The notes beneath the pieces are model-generated. The model made no database searches, was not told the DNA's origin, and worked only from the letters and a program-made list of their open reading frames with translations. This document shows, in pieces, positions 46,355 to 56,792 of a stretch of 64,000 nucleotides of DNA (positions are counted from its first letter, which is position 1; every line of letters begins with the position of its first letter). A program made the translations under genes and the position numbers. Source of the DNA: a virus (taxonomy: Duplodnaviria > Caudoviricetes). The stretch lies in the IMG/VR virus record IMGVR_UViG_3300042973_000021, positions 1-64,000 of that record. The stretch is one strand, 5' to 3'.

Positions 46355-49300
46355 TTACTTTATCTTCGCCAGAACATCCTGGAATATTGCGTAGTTGTGC
46401 TTCACGCCGTCATCCAAATCAATCGATATCATTTGATCCGCAAGATGGTGGATCTTTTCCTCATACAAACGTGTCTCTTCCGCCTGATCACGGAGCTTTG
46501 TGAGCTGCTTGTTCAGACGAACACGCTCCGATGTCGACGCACCATTGATCTGGCATTCAAGACCAGAAATTGCTGTGCGATACCTTGCCTGCTGCTCATG
46601 CACATAGTCCGTCCGAATGCGGGCAATCGTGTCCGGCTGGTAGCGGTGCATATAGATAAGGCACTTAAAGCCGTTCTTTTTGCCGGAGTCGAAAAGCCAG
46701 TAAATCGGGCGCTTCTGGTAGATCTTGCAATGATCCTTGTAAAAATCCTTTATGAAATAATTTCGGATGACTTCACGTGATGTAGCGCCTTTTTCACCCA
46801 GCGCATCTGCGATAAACTTCAGATTCTCCTCCAGTGTACCCTCGCCGTATACTGTGCGGACAAATTCCACAAATCTGCCTACAATGTCGTCTGTAAAATA
46901 CTCATCATCCGTAATGGGAATAATAGCGTCTTTGTCCGGAATGAAAGTTTTGTACTTCGAGCCGTCCCAATTTCCGCCAGCATAGGCGAGACCGTCTACA
47001 TCAAGAGAATACCTACCAAACATACAGCCAACTGCATAGGAAACAAACGAGCGTATATCCCGACCAAGGTCAGCCTTGCGGACGGTCACGTCCTTGTCAT
47101 CTTCCTCCGGCGTCAGCTCATCCTGCAAGCCGTAGATGTCGATAAAGATACGGTTCAGCTCTTCCTCATTAGCTTTCAGCTGATTGAAGCGGTCGTCGCA
47201 TTCCTGCTGCCACTGGGTGAAGGCTTCTTTGATGGTATGCGTGTTGCGAATCAGCGGATGCTTTTGAAAATCCCATGAGGTTTCAAAGGAGTCCCAGTCA
47301 TTTTTTGACAGCAAAACACATTCTTGTGCTCGAGATATAATTCCTGCCTGTTGATTTTCCTGAACTATAAGTACCGGAAAATTTTTAAAATCTCCTACCT
47401 GCAAATTGATCGTTGGATTCAACATCTTAAAAACGTAATTTGCCACAGGTGTTGATAAAATAGCCAACAGATACATCAAATTACATTTTCCTGTATAAAA
47501 CGCCGACATACCAGAAACATCATGTATACCACCTGTAGTCCTATACCGTATGCTGAAGCCACCGGATGTTATCAAACCCCAAGTAATTGCGTCTTTAAAA
47601 TACGAATCTGTATTTTGTGGCCGAGATCTAAGTTTTCCATGATTATCTACGAAATGTTTTATTTCAAATCCATCATTCTCCCAATTAACAAGATAGTCAT
47701 AATTTCCATACCAGTTTCGTCTTTCTCCTCCTTTGTTATAAGGAACCCACTTTTTCCCACTCTTAAGGAGTTCATCAGCATTTGCTGAATCATATTTACA
47801 TTTTTGCGGATCAACTTCATACCAAAATCTTAAAAACCTATTATTATCCCCAGTAGCCAGCCCCTGCTTAACAGATACCAACTTCTCTGTTGATAGCCCT
47901 TTCTCAAAGTCCGCCAGCATATTTGAACTCACCCAATACGCCACCGGGCTGCCGGGGATTTTGGAGAAGTTGGACTGGGAGGATTCGTAGAAGAAGCCAC
48001 AATCCGGATTTGATAATGCTTCCTTTACCTTCCTGCGCTGGACTTCCATGCCACCTGTGAAATCGGACAGGCGGAAATATTCGCCCTTACTTTCTGCTTT
48101 GCCATTTTTCAAAACAAATGAGCAAATCGGCACAGTAGCTTCTTCAAATGCGGAGTACTCGAACTGAATCAATGTAGTGATGGCTTTGTTATTAAGAATG
48201 TAATTCCGCAGCGGTTCGTATGTCTTGATAAACATCCAGACCATAGGCGTCATGAATCCGGAATATCCATTCTCCTCGCAGAATCCAAAATTTCTGTAAA
48301 CGAACACACTGAACAGGTCGCCTTTGTAATCGGCATAGTTGTCAGCGATATACTTCTTCAGCTTTGCGTCAAACTTATTGAGGTACGGCGGATTTGTTGC
48401 CACGACTGCATATTTGTCGGACAGAATCTTTGCCTCACGCACAAGCGGAAGAAGTGTACCCAATGCTGTATCTCTGTAGAGATCAACATCATTCTCGATT
48501 TCCGCAAACCGTGCAAAAAGTGCGTCAAAGTCCACAGGCTTTATCTGAATGATAGAGCCATATTCCTTGGCATCCCGTGTGTCATCTATGATTGACTGTA
48601 TATCTTTCTTGAGCTTGTCGCTGCCATTGGCAAAGTAATCAATGGTAAAGGAATCTACATGATTGCTTTCCTTTATCTCATAGAAATGTGGCTGGATGCC
48701 GCGTTTCAGGAAACGTCTGTCATACTGCATTGCCTTCATCATGATAGCAAAACTGGCGAGCTGCGCCGCACGTTCGTCAATGTCAAGTCCAAACAGATTA
48801 TTCTGTACAATAGAAGCCGCTGCTTCCCGTTCTGTATAACCGTATTCGGTATAGATTTTCTCAAGCACATCAAAGGTATAAACCCCAAAGTGAGCACTGC
48901 CCATACAAGGATCGAATACGGTGAGCTGTTCTGGAGTTATCTTTTCATTCACAATCGAAATATTGCCATCCTTCGGCGCGACAAAATACTCCAATACATT
49001 TTTCAGATTGCTGTTTGAATTCCGTTCAATCCAGTATCTTCCGACAGAATTATCAATGATATAGCGAACTACCCAATCAGGTGTAAATAGCTCCGTCGCA
49101 GCTGGAATATCTTCTTTCTCTACAGTTTTCTTTCCAATAGCATTTACTACCTTTTCATGTTTTTCCGACATGTAATACTGGTAAAGCCATCCAATAATTT
49201 CAATTTGCCCGCCCTCTTCTACATTCCAGTCTTTCTCCGGAATATCAGTAATCATTCGTTCCACAACGCTTCCTTCCCGGAGCAGATTGTCCGGGAAGAG

Positions 49301-49807
49301 CAACTCGGTGTAGTCTGCGATCTTCTGGAACATTCCCGGCAGCACACTGGAGAGTGCATTGCACTGCGTGATGATAAGGTACTTGAACAGTGCGTCGTCA
49401 TCATTAGCATCCTTCAGGGCATAGACTTTCTCCATGTCGAGACCGTCCAGATCCAGATGAATTGCCTCGGCCAGGATCTCCGGCTTGAACTTCCCGTTTT
49501 CATCCGTAAACACACGAATTCGGGACGGAAGGTAATTATTGACCTCCATAAACCGCAGAGCCGCAAAACGGTTGAACCAGGTATAGGCGACTTCCTCCAT
49601 CACCTGATCCTGTCCCTTTTCCTTTACCTGCCCGATCAGCGCCGCACGCTGCTTCTTCTCATCCGCTGTCAGAAGAACGCCATGCGCAGAGTCCGCATTT
49701 GGATCTGCATCCGCGCTGATTTCATATTGATCTGCCTTCTGCGACACGCGCTCAATGAGTTCGTTTCTTGCCCAGACGGCGTATTTCTTTATTGCATTCT
49801 TATCCAT
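46355..49807 (-). CDS. pglX: BREX-1 adenine methyltransferase PglX
   Basis: EEVAYTWFNRF, IGWLYQYY, NPPY, FSKIPGSP, KRPIYWLF and DLDDGVKHNY motifs. Confidence 0.95.
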   Translation of the reverse strand: MDKNAIKKYAVWARNELIERVSQKADQYEISADADPNADSAHGVLLTADEKKQRAALIGQVKEKGQDQVMEEVAYTWFNRFAALRFMEVNNYLPSRIRVFTDENGKFKPEILAEAIHLDLDGLDMEKVYALKDANDDDALFKYLIITQCNALSSVLPGMFQKIADYTELLFPDNLLREGSVVERMITDIPEKDWNVEEGGQIEIIGWLYQYYMSEKHEKVVNAIGKKTVEKEDIPAATELFTPDWVVRYIIDNSVGRYWIERNSNSNLKNVLEYFVAPKDGNISIVNEKITPEQLTVFDPCMGSAHFGVYTFDVLEKIYTEYGYTEREAAASIVQNNLFGLDIDERAAQLASFAIMMKAMQYDRRFLKRGIQPHFYEIKESNHVDSFTIDYFANGSDKLKKDIQSIIDDTRDAKEYGSIIQIKPVDFDALFARFAEIENDVDLYRDTALGTLLPLVREAKILSDKYAVVATNPPYLNKFDAKLKKYIADNYADYKGDLFSVFVYRNFGFCEENGYSGFMTPMVWMFIKTYEPLRNYILNNKAITTLIQFEYSAFEEATVPICSFVLKNGKAESKGEYFRLSDFTGGMEVQRRKVKEALSNPDCGFFYESSQSNFSKIPGSPVAYWVSSNMLADFEKGLSTEKLVSVKQGLATGDNNRFLRFWYEVDPQKCKYDSANADELLKSGKKWVPYNKGGERRNWYGNYDYLVNWENDGFEIKHFVDNHGKLRSRPQNTDSYFKDAITWGLITSGGFSIRYRTTGGIHDVSGMSAFYTGKCNLMYLLAILSTPVANYVFKMLNPTINLQVGDFKNFPVLIVQENQQAGIISRAQECVLLSKNDWDSFETSWDFQKHPLIRNTHTIKEAFTQWQQECDDRFNQLKANEEELNRIFIDIYGLQDELTPEEDDKDVTVRKADLGRDIRSFVSYAVGCMFGRYSLDVDGLAYAGGNWDGSKYKTFIPDKDAIIPITDDEYFTDDIVGRFVEFVRTVYGEGTLEENLKFIADALGEKGATSREVIRNYFIKDFYKDHCKIYQKRPIYWLFDSGKKNGFKCLIYMHRYQPDTIARIRTDYVHEQQARYRTAISGLECQINGASTSERVRLNKQLTKLRDQAEETRLYEEKIHHLADQMISIDLDDGVKHNYAIFQDVLAKIK

Positions 49808-49871
49808 GAAAGAGTCCTCTCTTAGTTCTACTCTGTATAACTTCTGCCAGCCAAATCAAAGATTTGGGGCA

Positions 49872-52800
49872 TCAGTTAAGTTTAATTCCGTCGCAGTCCT
49901 TCAGAAGCGCATTCAGGTAGGAGCGCATCCGCTCCACATAGTCATTTACATCGTCTTCACTTTCCAGCGTTGCCTGCTTGAAAATCGCCTGACGATAGCA
50001 GTTCTTGATATGCTTCTTCGGCTGATCCGGCTGCACAGGCTTTACCGGTTTCTTCGGCTTCTTTGCGGATTCAATCGCCGCAACGGTGTCGTCCTTGTAG
50101 TTCCACATCTGTGTGGTCATGCCGTCGAGCAGGACAATAGTTCTGGTGGTGGCGATCTGACTCTTCATCTGCGTGAAGTAGTTGTCCGCCTTCTCTATGA
50201 CATTTCTGAATTCGCCGCCTTCGCCTGCCGCCTGATGAATCTCAGCGAGGCACTGGCGCACAATCTCCAGAAGATCTGCACGCTTTTCCTCGAGCAGCTT
50301 ATTATGCCCGGCACGGACTTTATCCATCAGTCCATTGAGCTCCGGAATCTGTCTGTAGACAGCCGGATTGCTGCCGTTTACCAGTGTGATCTTCCGGATC
50401 TGGTTCAGCGCTTCATTGGTTTCCTCATCCTTCTGAATATACGGCAGGTCGTTCCGGAGATCGGCTTCCATCTTCACTGCAGAATCAAACACCGTAACCT
50501 GGTTCTTAAAGAACGCTTCGACCGGCTGCATGTCGTCCTTGCTGTCAAACAGCTTCGTTTCGTCTGCTACCAGACGGTCAATCAGCGCGATGTCGTCCTT
50601 CTCCTGCGAGAGCACGTCGTCCATCAGCTTGATGGCTGCTGTTACCTTGTCGTGATCCGGGTATTTGTGGCCCGCATACCGGCTGTTCAGTTCCTCGTAA
50701 TGCTGCTTCTGATCTTTGAACTTGTCCAGAATCAGCTTAACGAGAGCATCCTGATCATCTGGCACGTCCATGATGTCGAAGTACTCCCGCATGATCTCTT
50801 TTGCGGCTTTCATTTTCTGCGCGGAGGCAGACTGCTTCATGGAAATCATGGCCTTGCCGCGCTCTGTCTTTTTGCGGAGCATATCCGGAAGCTTCGGATT
50901 GTCCGGGCGAATCTGTGCGCCGCCGTATTTAATCGTAACCTTCTGCTGATAAATCAGAAGTGCCACAACCGCGGCGATGTCGATTTCCTTCCAGCCGTAC
51001 GGAATCTTCTGATAGCGCGTCTGGATGTCGTCCATCGAGGTCGGAAGCTTCTTCATGGACTGCATTTCGAGGTACTCCTCGACCTTGGCAGCAGCATCAC
51101 GGTTGTTCTCCATACCGGCCATTTCCGGATTGGTTCCGCGCAGAATCTCGATGATATCTGCATCCGTTTCCGCATTCTTTGTAATCAGGTCGAGCTCGCT
51201 GTAGACGTGCGCCACAAGATATTCGAGAGCTTGATCAATCTTGGAAACCGGCGTTCCGCTCTTGATTTCGATATGCTCGCCGTCTACATAGAACTCCGCA
51301 CCGGCGATGGCTTTCTCAAGTTCTTCCTTGGCGGAGGTTTCATACTTTCCGGCCTCGTCCTGCTGGTCGCGAATGATGTCCTGCACGGATTTCGCCAGCT
51401 GATTCACATTGCGCTGCTTCACATACTTGCGAATCTTCATGGCGTTTTCCAGAGACTCGTAGTATGGCGTATCTGCGAGCACGACAATGGCGGCTCCCTT
51501 GGATTCCGTCATCAGACGCAGTTCCTGCTTGTCCGTCACGTCCGTAGCTACTGTTAGGAAGCGGAGCGTCATGCCACCAGTCACCGCACCGATGGAAGTG
51601 GAATCCACCATCTCATCAAACGGGAAGTCGTATTTCCCATACCGGTATTTCTTCTGTGTATAGATATCGCCGAAGATCATCTGCCCGATACGCTCAACGA
51701 TCTTGGCGGTATCTACAGATGTATTCGCGATGTCTCGCGCAATATCCTGCTCCTCATCGGTGAGGAAGATATAGGCATCGCCGCGGCGGTCAATATAGTT
51801 CTGGCTCTTCAGGCGGTCGAGCGACTTCTGCACCGTCTGCCGGAGCTCGATCTTATCCGTCCGGATATCATCCGACATCAGAATGACGATGTTATCAAGG
51901 TTTGCCTTTACATCATCGATGTAGCGAATGAGGTAGAGGAGCTTTAATACCTTGACGTCATAGTCTTCAATGCCGTCATGATTATCCGCGGCCTTCTGGC
52001 AGCGCTCGATCACGCGGCGGATAGAGCCGTCGAGGAAGGAGTGCACGCTGTCATAGAAAGGATAGAGCGGAGCAATCGCATGCTCGTCCTTATCCTCGAT
52101 GGATTTTGCTACGATCTGGAAGCCGTCCAGCATCGACCGCTCTGCACCGGAGTAGTGCTTTCCGGCAGCGCCATGCTTGCGGATTTCCGAGAAAATCTTC
52201 TGAATCAGGATGAACTGATACGGCACAAACGGATAGTTCACAACGAACTCCTCCGGGCCGCTGTATCCCTTAATATCGAGCACAGAATCGGTGAAGCTGA
52301 ACAGGTTCTTCAGCACGTAGTCGTTGCGCTCATACAGGTCAGTAAGAACGGTCTTGGCTTCCGACTTCTTGGTGAGGAGTCTCTTCTGGATGACCTCATC
52401 CACGGCAGAGGAGGACAGGGAAAGTCTCGTCTTAAACCGCGCCTGAATGCGGGAGAACTCATCCATGCGAACCTTGATGATCTCGTCGATGGCTTCCTGT
52501 CCGGTGCAGACGATCCACACCTTGCCGCCGCATTCGCTTCCAACCTTCTCAACAAGGGACTGAAGGTTCAGGAGCAGGTTTGTATCCGTGCCAACATACT
52601 GGCCAACCTCGTCCACCATAAAGAGAAGCCTGAAGTTCTTCGGCTTGCTGTTCACATAGTCCTTAATCTCAGATACGAGCTGTGCAATGCTGATCTCCGC
52701 GGTCTCCGTTCCATTGAACCAGTTACGGGCAGCGGTCTCGCTCATGCCGAGCACTTCCTCGAGTGTCTCGACCACATCATCCTCGAAGAAGCCGAAGGAT

Positions 52801-53387
52801 TCTCTTGTCTCCACCCACGGAGCGCCGTTCTTTTCTTCAAACACACGGCGGAATTCTTCTGTCTTTCCCTGTTTTGCGACGAACTGCTCCAGCTTTGCCA
52901 CCTTCAGGTCCTCCCCGAGAAAGCCGAGATGGTTATAGAACATCTTCGCAAAAACCTTCAGCACAGCGGTATTGTCCTTATTGCTGAAGCCTTCAATATC
53001 GATATTGAAAAGGATTGTCTCCGTCGGTGCCTTCGTCGCCTTGTCGATCAGCATGAAGGTGGCCGGATCATCCGCAAATTTCTTGCGGAACCGCTCGACC
53101 GTAGACATGCCGTTGATGGTCCTGTTTTCCAGAATATAGGAGAGCATCTTCAAGAAGTGAGATTTACCACTTCCAAAGAAGCCGGAAATCCAGACGCCGA
53201 TATCCGCTGTCGGCGTATCAAAAGCGTCGTCGTAATAATTGAAGAAGGTAATGAAATGCCGCTTCAATTCGCGCGTAATGACATACTCGTTTAATTCCTG
53301 CTCGGTTGTCGTGTCTTCCTGGTCTACTTTGATGACACCATTTATTTTTCGGTTGATGTCATCGACAAACATGTCCTGAATTCTCAT
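49872..53387 (-). CDS. brxC: BREX ATPase BrxC
   Basis: INGVIKV, WISGFFGSGKSH, VDEVGQY and YPFVPYQ motifs. Confidence 0.95.
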   Translation of the reverse strand: MRIQDMFVDDINRKINGVIKVDQEDTTTEQELNEYVITRELKRHFITFFNYYDDAFDTPTADIGVWISGFFGSGKSHFLKMLSYILENRTINGMSTVERFRKKFADDPATFMLIDKATKAPTETILFNIDIEGFSNKDNTAVLKVFAKMFYNHLGFLGEDLKVAKLEQFVAKQGKTEEFRRVFEEKNGAPWVETRESFGFFEDDVVETLEEVLGMSETAARNWFNGTETAEISIAQLVSEIKDYVNSKPKNFRLLFMVDEVGQYVGTDTNLLLNLQSLVEKVGSECGGKVWIVCTGQEAIDEIIKVRMDEFSRIQARFKTRLSLSSSAVDEVIQKRLLTKKSEAKTVLTDLYERNDYVLKNLFSFTDSVLDIKGYSGPEEFVVNYPFVPYQFILIQKIFSEIRKHGAAGKHYSGAERSMLDGFQIVAKSIEDKDEHAIAPLYPFYDSVHSFLDGSIRRVIERCQKAADNHDGIEDYDVKVLKLLYLIRYIDDVKANLDNIVILMSDDIRTDKIELRQTVQKSLDRLKSQNYIDRRGDAYIFLTDEEQDIARDIANTSVDTAKIVERIGQMIFGDIYTQKKYRYGKYDFPFDEMVDSTSIGAVTGGMTLRFLTVATDVTDKQELRLMTESKGAAIVVLADTPYYESLENAMKIRKYVKQRNVNQLAKSVQDIIRDQQDEAGKYETSAKEELEKAIAGAEFYVDGEHIEIKSGTPVSKIDQALEYLVAHVYSELDLITKNAETDADIIEILRGTNPEMAGMENNRDAAAKVEEYLEMQSMKKLPTSMDDIQTRYQKIPYGWKEIDIAAVVALLIYQQKVTIKYGGAQIRPDNPKLPDMLRKKTERGKAMISMKQSASAQKMKAAKEIMREYFDIMDVPDDQDALVKLILDKFKDQKQHYEELNSRYAGHKYPDHDKVTAAIKLMDDVLSQEKDDIALIDRLVADETKLFDSKDDMQPVEAFFKNQVTVFDSAVKMEADLRNDLPYIQKDEETNEALNQIRKITLVNGSNPAVYRQIPELNGLMDKVRAGHNKLLEEKRADLLEIVRQCLAEIHQAAGEGGEFRNVIEKADNYFTQMKSQIATTRTIVLLDGMTTQMWNYKDDTVAAIESAKKPKKPVKPVQPDQPKKHIKNCYRQAIFKQATLESEDDVNDYVERMRSYLNALLKDCDGIKLN

Positions 53388-53400
53388 TTGGCGGCTCCTC

Positions 53401-53961
53401 CTATATCACATTGAACGCCCTGTAATAAGGGTTCGGTTTTAATCGGTCAAACAGCTTCACATGCCTTCCGTCGAATGTTCCCGGATACATTACGAGAATC
53501 GGAACACCGCCGACTCTCGGCTGCAGGGCTTCCAGAAGCATATGGATACGCATGAATGGGAACACATCACCCACACCTGTCAGAAGCAGAACATCTCCCT
53601 TTTCCGGCGGCGTGCTGCAGATCTTATCTACATAGGCCTGCACATTGATGGATTTTTCGATCATCTTCTGCAGCTGATCCTTCCCGCGCTTTTTCTCCTG
53701 ATCTGCCATGCGGGAAAGAATCCTCTTGTCCTCACAGCACTGCAGGAAGATCTCATATAAATTATTTTCTTTCAGACGGCACGGCAGTGTCTGGTCTGTT
53801 AGAATCTGCCGCACGAAGTGACGGACACGCATTTCATCCCTCGCTTCATAGCAGAACATCCTGATATTTACTTCGTTGGACAAGCCGTTTCCTTCCAGAA
53901 AATCCGGGTCCTTCAGGAGATCACGCACCCTGTCCAGACGTTCATCTATATTTCCTTCCAT
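53401..53961 (-). CDS. brxB: BREX protein BrxB (DUF1788)
   Basis: GLSNEV, LTGVGDVFPFMR, MYPG and YYRAF motifs. Confidence 0.92.
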   Translation of the reverse strand: MEGNIDERLDRVRDLLKDPDFLEGNGLSNEVNIRMFCYEARDEMRVRHFVRQILTDQTLPCRLKENNLYEIFLQCCEDKRILSRMADQEKKRGKDQLQKMIEKSINVQAYVDKICSTPPEKGDVLLLTGVGDVFPFMRIHMLLEALQPRVGGVPILVMYPGTFDGRHVKLFDRLKPNPYYRAFNVI

Positions 53962-53969
53962 GTTTCCTC

Positions 53970-54599
53970 CTACGACAGGCAGTTGAAGGCTGGCAGAGCC
54001 TCCGTCGTCCCGTCGTTCCTGATCGCGTTTTCAAGTACCGGGCTAATCAGCACCGGATTCAGATGATCCGCCTTCGTGCTGTCCAGATATTCATTCTCTA
54101 CGAGTGTTTTCGTCAGCACCTGCCGAACCTTCGTAATAGTGGAATCACTCCACGTGGCCACCCAGTCGTCCTGCTCCTGCAGCCGCATGAAGAATGTGTT
54201 CAGATCCACCCTGCCGAACGAGCTGTCGAGTTTCTGATATTTCTCTCCGATGACCGTCAGCATAAAGTCCCATACCAGACGGTACTGCCGCATCATGGCA
54301 TACAGACAGATCTGCTTTGCCACATCACTCGGCTGCGTCGCAATGGCCGTAACAAGCGAATCGTCCTCCATTGCTTCAAGCCTCCGGATGCAGGCAAGCG
54401 CCATCTTACGGACGGACTTTTCCGTCGGATACTGAAACAGATTCTCCGACACGATGTGTTCAACCACAGCATCCTTATCAAGCCCGTCGTTTACGAGCTT
54501 TGCCGTAGTACGCATTTCATAAAACAAAAACTGTTCCCGCGTAATCGCGGCATTATAAGGACTGGCTTCTTTGAGTGCCTTGTTTGTACTTTGCGGCAT
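53970..54599 (-). CDS. brxA: BREX protein BrxA (DUF1819)
   Basis: EQFLFYE, ENLFQY and WSDSTITK motifs. First gene of the BREX order. Confidence 0.9.
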   Translation of the reverse strand: MPQSTNKALKEASPYNAAITREQFLFYEMRTTAKLVNDGLDKDAVVEHIVSENLFQYPTEKSVRKMALACIRRLEAMEDDSLVTAIATQPSDVAKQICLYAMMRQYRLVWDFMLTVIGEKYQKLDSSFGRVDLNTFFMRLQEQDDWVATWSDSTITKVRQVLTKTLVENEYLDSTKADHLNPVLISPVLENAIRNDGTTEALPAFNCLS

Positions 54600-54843
54600 T
54601 CTTCTTTTCCTCCGGTTTATTGGCGGCTCCCTTTTCATCATCATCCGGAACCGTTTCTACAATTTCATTAATATTGCAGTTCAATGCTTCGCAGATCTTC
54701 AAAAGCACATCGGTCGTCAGGTTTTCGCCTTTGCCGAGCTTCGCAAGGGAAGCTGTGCTGATCCCACTTAATTCCCGCAAATCCTTCTTTGACATTTCCC
54801 GTTTTGCAAGTATTACCCATAAGGGTCTGTAACTGATACGCAT
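54553..54843 (-). CDS. XRE/Cro-like HTH regulator
   Basis: ISYRPLW..MSKKDL..GISTASLAKLGKGENLTTDVLLKICEAL. GGAGG RBS. Confidence 0.85.
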   Translation of the reverse strand: MRISYRPLWVILAKREMSKKDLRELSGISTASLAKLGKGENLTTDVLLKICEALNCNINEIVETVPDDDEKGAANKPEEKKNAAKYKQGTQRSQSL

Positions 54844-54859
54844 ACGCACCTCCATCAGT

Positions 54860-56575
54860 TTATTTCTCGTCATCCTCTGACGGCACTTCGCCCGACTCGT
54901 TTTCTGTCTTCTTAGCCCATGACCATCCGAACAGCTCTCCGCCATCGCTATGAAGTTCGATCACGCGGGTATCGTAGACTGTCTTTGCTGTATATTCCGT
55001 AAACGCCTTATGCTTATCGAACGATATGAAGACCTGCTTCCCGCTGTTCACGTAGAGCTGCATGATCTTATCAATCGGCAGGTCAGCTATGTTCTTGAAG
55101 ATCAGGGAGTCATGAACGATAAACGGAAGCTCCGTAGTCTTGAATACACTCAGGTCAAAAATGATGAGATTCTTATAATTTTCTCCTGTGCCAGAATTCC
55201 AGTCACAGCCGAATGTATATTTCGGATTTCCATTCTTTGCATCTGAGAATTTAATCTCAGGAGCATACTGTTTTCCATCGTATATAAAGTCGTTCATCCG
55301 GACCATTTCCTGATTGATTATGGTCTGAATGGTATCCAGCTGGCTCTTTCTGGCATCCTCCATGCGGGTCTTGGCGTCTTTAGTCTCATTGGCAAGTTTC
55401 TGGGATTCATCATATCCTTCATTCTGCGTTTTCAGGAAATTGATCCTGCTGCGCAGCCGGACCGTTTCATCCAGAAACTTCTTCGAGACATGTGTCGGAA
55501 CACCAAGCTTACGCTGTTCTTCCTCCAGCCGCTGCATTTCCTTCGTAGATTCAGCGATGAGAGCTTCCAGCCTCTGTACTTCTTCCGACATCTCATCCGT
55601 CAGGATGGTCTGCATCTTCTTATGGAAATGTTCGATGGTTTCGAGCTTTTCAATATCGGCGTCAGGGAAGAACTCCCGAAGGTCCTGAATATCGTCGGAT
55701 GTTGGCGTCAGGCCTTCCTCAAGGTTTGCCTTGACGGCATTCAGCTGCGATACGAGCCTTGTTCTGCGCCGCTTAAGGACAGTGATCTGTCCCTTGATTT
55801 CCGCTGCCTTATCAAGCTGAGCGGTATCCGCCTCCGCGAGAGAACTGTCTTCTTTATCAAGAAGCTCCTCCAGCTGCTTTTCGAGTTCTTCGATTTCCTT
55901 GGTATTGGCCTTGACCTGTTTCTTCGTCCTCGCAACGGTTACAATTTCTCCCAGATTGGTGGCGGTTATTCTGACGGTTTTGCGTTTGTTCTTTGCTTTG
56001 TAGAAATCCTCATACTCCTTCACAAGGTCATAAACGCCGTAGATCTGCTCCAGCGCCTTAATCGCATCCGCATCCGGCTCTTTGCCATATTGCAGCGGAA
56101 ACTCCTCGCTGTAATTATGCCTGCCGTAGATTCTCGCGAAGCGTCCTACCAGGCTGCGCCAGCTGCACTGCGCTGTCTGAATTTGATAGGAGGCAAAGAG
56201 ATGATCCTGAAAATCAGTCAGCGGCATCGGATCGCCGATCTCGTTATAATTCTCATCGCATATACTGACATGAGTAGGGTCCAGCGTGCTTCTGGAATAA
56301 TACTCGATACGCTCTCCAAACTTGAAAGCGAACTTGATGACGTGGTTTCCGACAAATTTGACTACGTTATTTTTTGTTTTCTCACTGTCCAGATAATCGC
56401 CGCCGCCAAAGCAGAAATCCACTGCCAGAAGAAAAGTGGATTTTCCGATGGAGTTTTCACCCTGCTTATCGCCAAGGACAGTGTTCAGACCCGGTCGGAA
56501 CCTAATCCGTCCTCTCGGGACACGCTGCCCGTTTATGGTTTCAGCGAACTGGTCGCATTCTATTTCATACAACAT
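54860..56575 (-). CDS. SMC-like ABC ATPase (DUF2326; ABC-three-component/Lamassu LmuB-like)
   Basis: NSIGKST Walker A, long coiled coil, SGTGE signature, FIVHDS Walker B. Confidence 0.85.
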   Translation of the reverse strand: MLYEIECDQFAETINGQRVPRGRIRFRPGLNTVLGDKQGENSIGKSTFLLAVDFCFGGGDYLDSEKTKNNVVKFVGNHVIKFAFKFGERIEYYSRSTLDPTHVSICDENYNEIGDPMPLTDFQDHLFASYQIQTAQCSWRSLVGRFARIYGRHNYSEEFPLQYGKEPDADAIKALEQIYGVYDLVKEYEDFYKAKNKRKTVRITATNLGEIVTVARTKKQVKANTKEIEELEKQLEELLDKEDSSLAEADTAQLDKAAEIKGQITVLKRRRTRLVSQLNAVKANLEEGLTPTSDDIQDLREFFPDADIEKLETIEHFHKKMQTILTDEMSEEVQRLEALIAESTKEMQRLEEEQRKLGVPTHVSKKFLDETVRLRSRINFLKTQNEGYDESQKLANETKDAKTRMEDARKSQLDTIQTIINQEMVRMNDFIYDGKQYAPEIKFSDAKNGNPKYTFGCDWNSGTGENYKNLIIFDLSVFKTTELPFIVHDSLIFKNIADLPIDKIMQLYVNSGKQVFISFDKHKAFTEYTAKTVYDTRVIELHSDGGELFGWSWAKKTENESGEVPSEDDEK

Positions 56576-56792
56576 AGCGCAGTACTTCCTCATTTTCGTC
56601 GTATTCAATCTTTCTAAGTGCATATAAGCAGTCGAGCACATCTATGAATTCATTTACGCCGTCCATCTTCTTTATCACGCGCCGGTACAGCTCATGCACG
56701 CTTAAAGGCTCTTTCCGCAGTTCCTTCAGCACGACAGGGAACTTGGAAAGTGTGCTCTCGTTATATGAGTAAAGCTTATTCGGCAATAACAT
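56565..56792 (-). CDS. ABC-three-component middle component (LmuC-like)
   Basis: 75 aa LPNKLYSYNES..LDCLYAL..I, coupled between effector and ATPase. Confidence 0.75.
   Translation of the reverse strand: MLLPNKLYSYNESTLSKFPVVLKELRKEPLSVHELYRRVIKKMDGVNEFIDVLDCLYALRKIEYDENEEVLRYVV

Noticed and set aside
49755-53294. Long plus-strand ORFs (600 aa, 438 aa) opposite brxC, and similar ones opposite brxL, the ABC ATPase and tail genes
   Set aside because: Antisense shadow frames of GC3-rich genes, with no RBS, motifs or protein-like composition.
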